Source: Sphingomonadales bacterium
Lineage (GTDB): Bacteria; Pseudomonadota; Alphaproteobacteria; Sphingomonadales; Sphingomonadaceae
Direction of reading: 5' to 3'
Assembly (NCBI GenBank): GCA_044506885.1
Contig: JBIQKC010000009.1
Coordinates: 11,197 to 75,196, forward strand
DNA: 64,000 nt
Shown: positions 63,461 to 64,000 of the stretch, one piece after another
Layout of the letters: every line of letters starts with the position of its first letter
Position numbering within the stretch: the first letter of the stretch is position 1
Notes under the pieces: model-generated
What the model saw: the letters and a program-made list of their open reading frames with translations, nothing else
Told to the model about the DNA's origin: nothing
Database searches by the model: none
Position numbers and translations under genes: made by a program

Positions 63461-64000
63461 ATGGCCAGCAAACCGCGCACCCTCTACGAGAAGATCTGGG
63501 ACGAGCACGTCATCGAGCGGCGCGAGGACGGCACCTGCCTGATCTTCATCGACCGCCACCTGGTCCACGAAGTGACCAGCCCGCAGGCGTTCGAATCGCT
63601 GCGGATGAACGGCCGCAAGGTCCGCCATCCGGAGCTGACACTGGCGGTGCCGGATCACAACCTGCCGACCACGCCGCGCCTCGACGCCGAGGGCAACCGG
63701 GTGCCGATCGCCGACCGGGAAAGCCGCGAGCAGCTGGCGGCGCTGGAGCGCAACGCGCCCGAATTCGGCGTGCGCTATTTCGGGGCCACCGCGCGCGAGC
63801 AGGGCATCGTCCACGTGATCGGGCCGGAACAGGGCTTCACCCTGCCCGGCGCGACGCTGGTATGCGGCGACAGCCACACCGCCGCGCACGGCGCGCTGGG
63901 CGCGCTGGCCTTCGGCATCGGCACCAGCGAAGTCGAACACGTGCTGGCGACGCAGACGCTGCTGCTGCGGCCGTGGAAGACGATGGAAGTGCGCGTGGAG
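63461..64000 (+). CDS. leuC: 3-isopropylmalate dehydratase large subunit (runs off the window)
   Basis: [25 protein letters not shown]. Confidence 0.96.
   Translation, partial: MASKPRTLYEKIWDEHVIERREDGTCLIFIDRHLVHEVTSPQAFESLRMNGRKVRHPELTLAVPDHNLPTTPRLDAEGNRVPIADRESREQLAALERNAPEFGVRYFGATAREQGIVHVIGPEQGFTLPGATLVCGDSHTAAHGALGALAFGIGTSEVEHVLATQTLLLRPWKTMEVRVE

Overview
High-GC alphaproteobacterial chromosome, Sphingomonadales/Erythrobacteraceae-like by gene content (gcrA, hspQ, rimP-nusA-infB, psp). The window has two parts. (1) About 1-22.5 kb is an integrative island at the 3' end of tRNA-Ser(CGA). It has a DUF3489-DUF2924-serine recombinase module at the tRNA end and a ParB-methyltransferase/DUF5681/terminase module at the other end; the terminase is broken by an amber codon and no capsid or portal genes are visible. 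Between them lies defence-like cargo: a two-gene putative nuclease pair, a C-protein/Dcm/Vsr/MvaI-BcnI restriction-modification cassette with two visible operators, a PghP-like hydrolase, a PD-(D/E)xK-like orphan, and a 1423 aa helical-repeat/tandem-PIN-like protein with an overlapping ~660 aa partner. That last pair is the best candidate for an uncharacterised system. (2) 22.6-64 kb is core genome: hspQ, gcrA, an aromatic-catabolism-like cluster, cysD/cysNC/cysQ, phoX, a GH3 enzyme, the rimP...pnp operon (with a 158-bp MITE that rebuilt a start codon), and a sigma54 psp operon extended by six tandem PspB-like paralogues, then sufE and the start of leuC. All family calls come from motif recognition by eye; no database searches were run.
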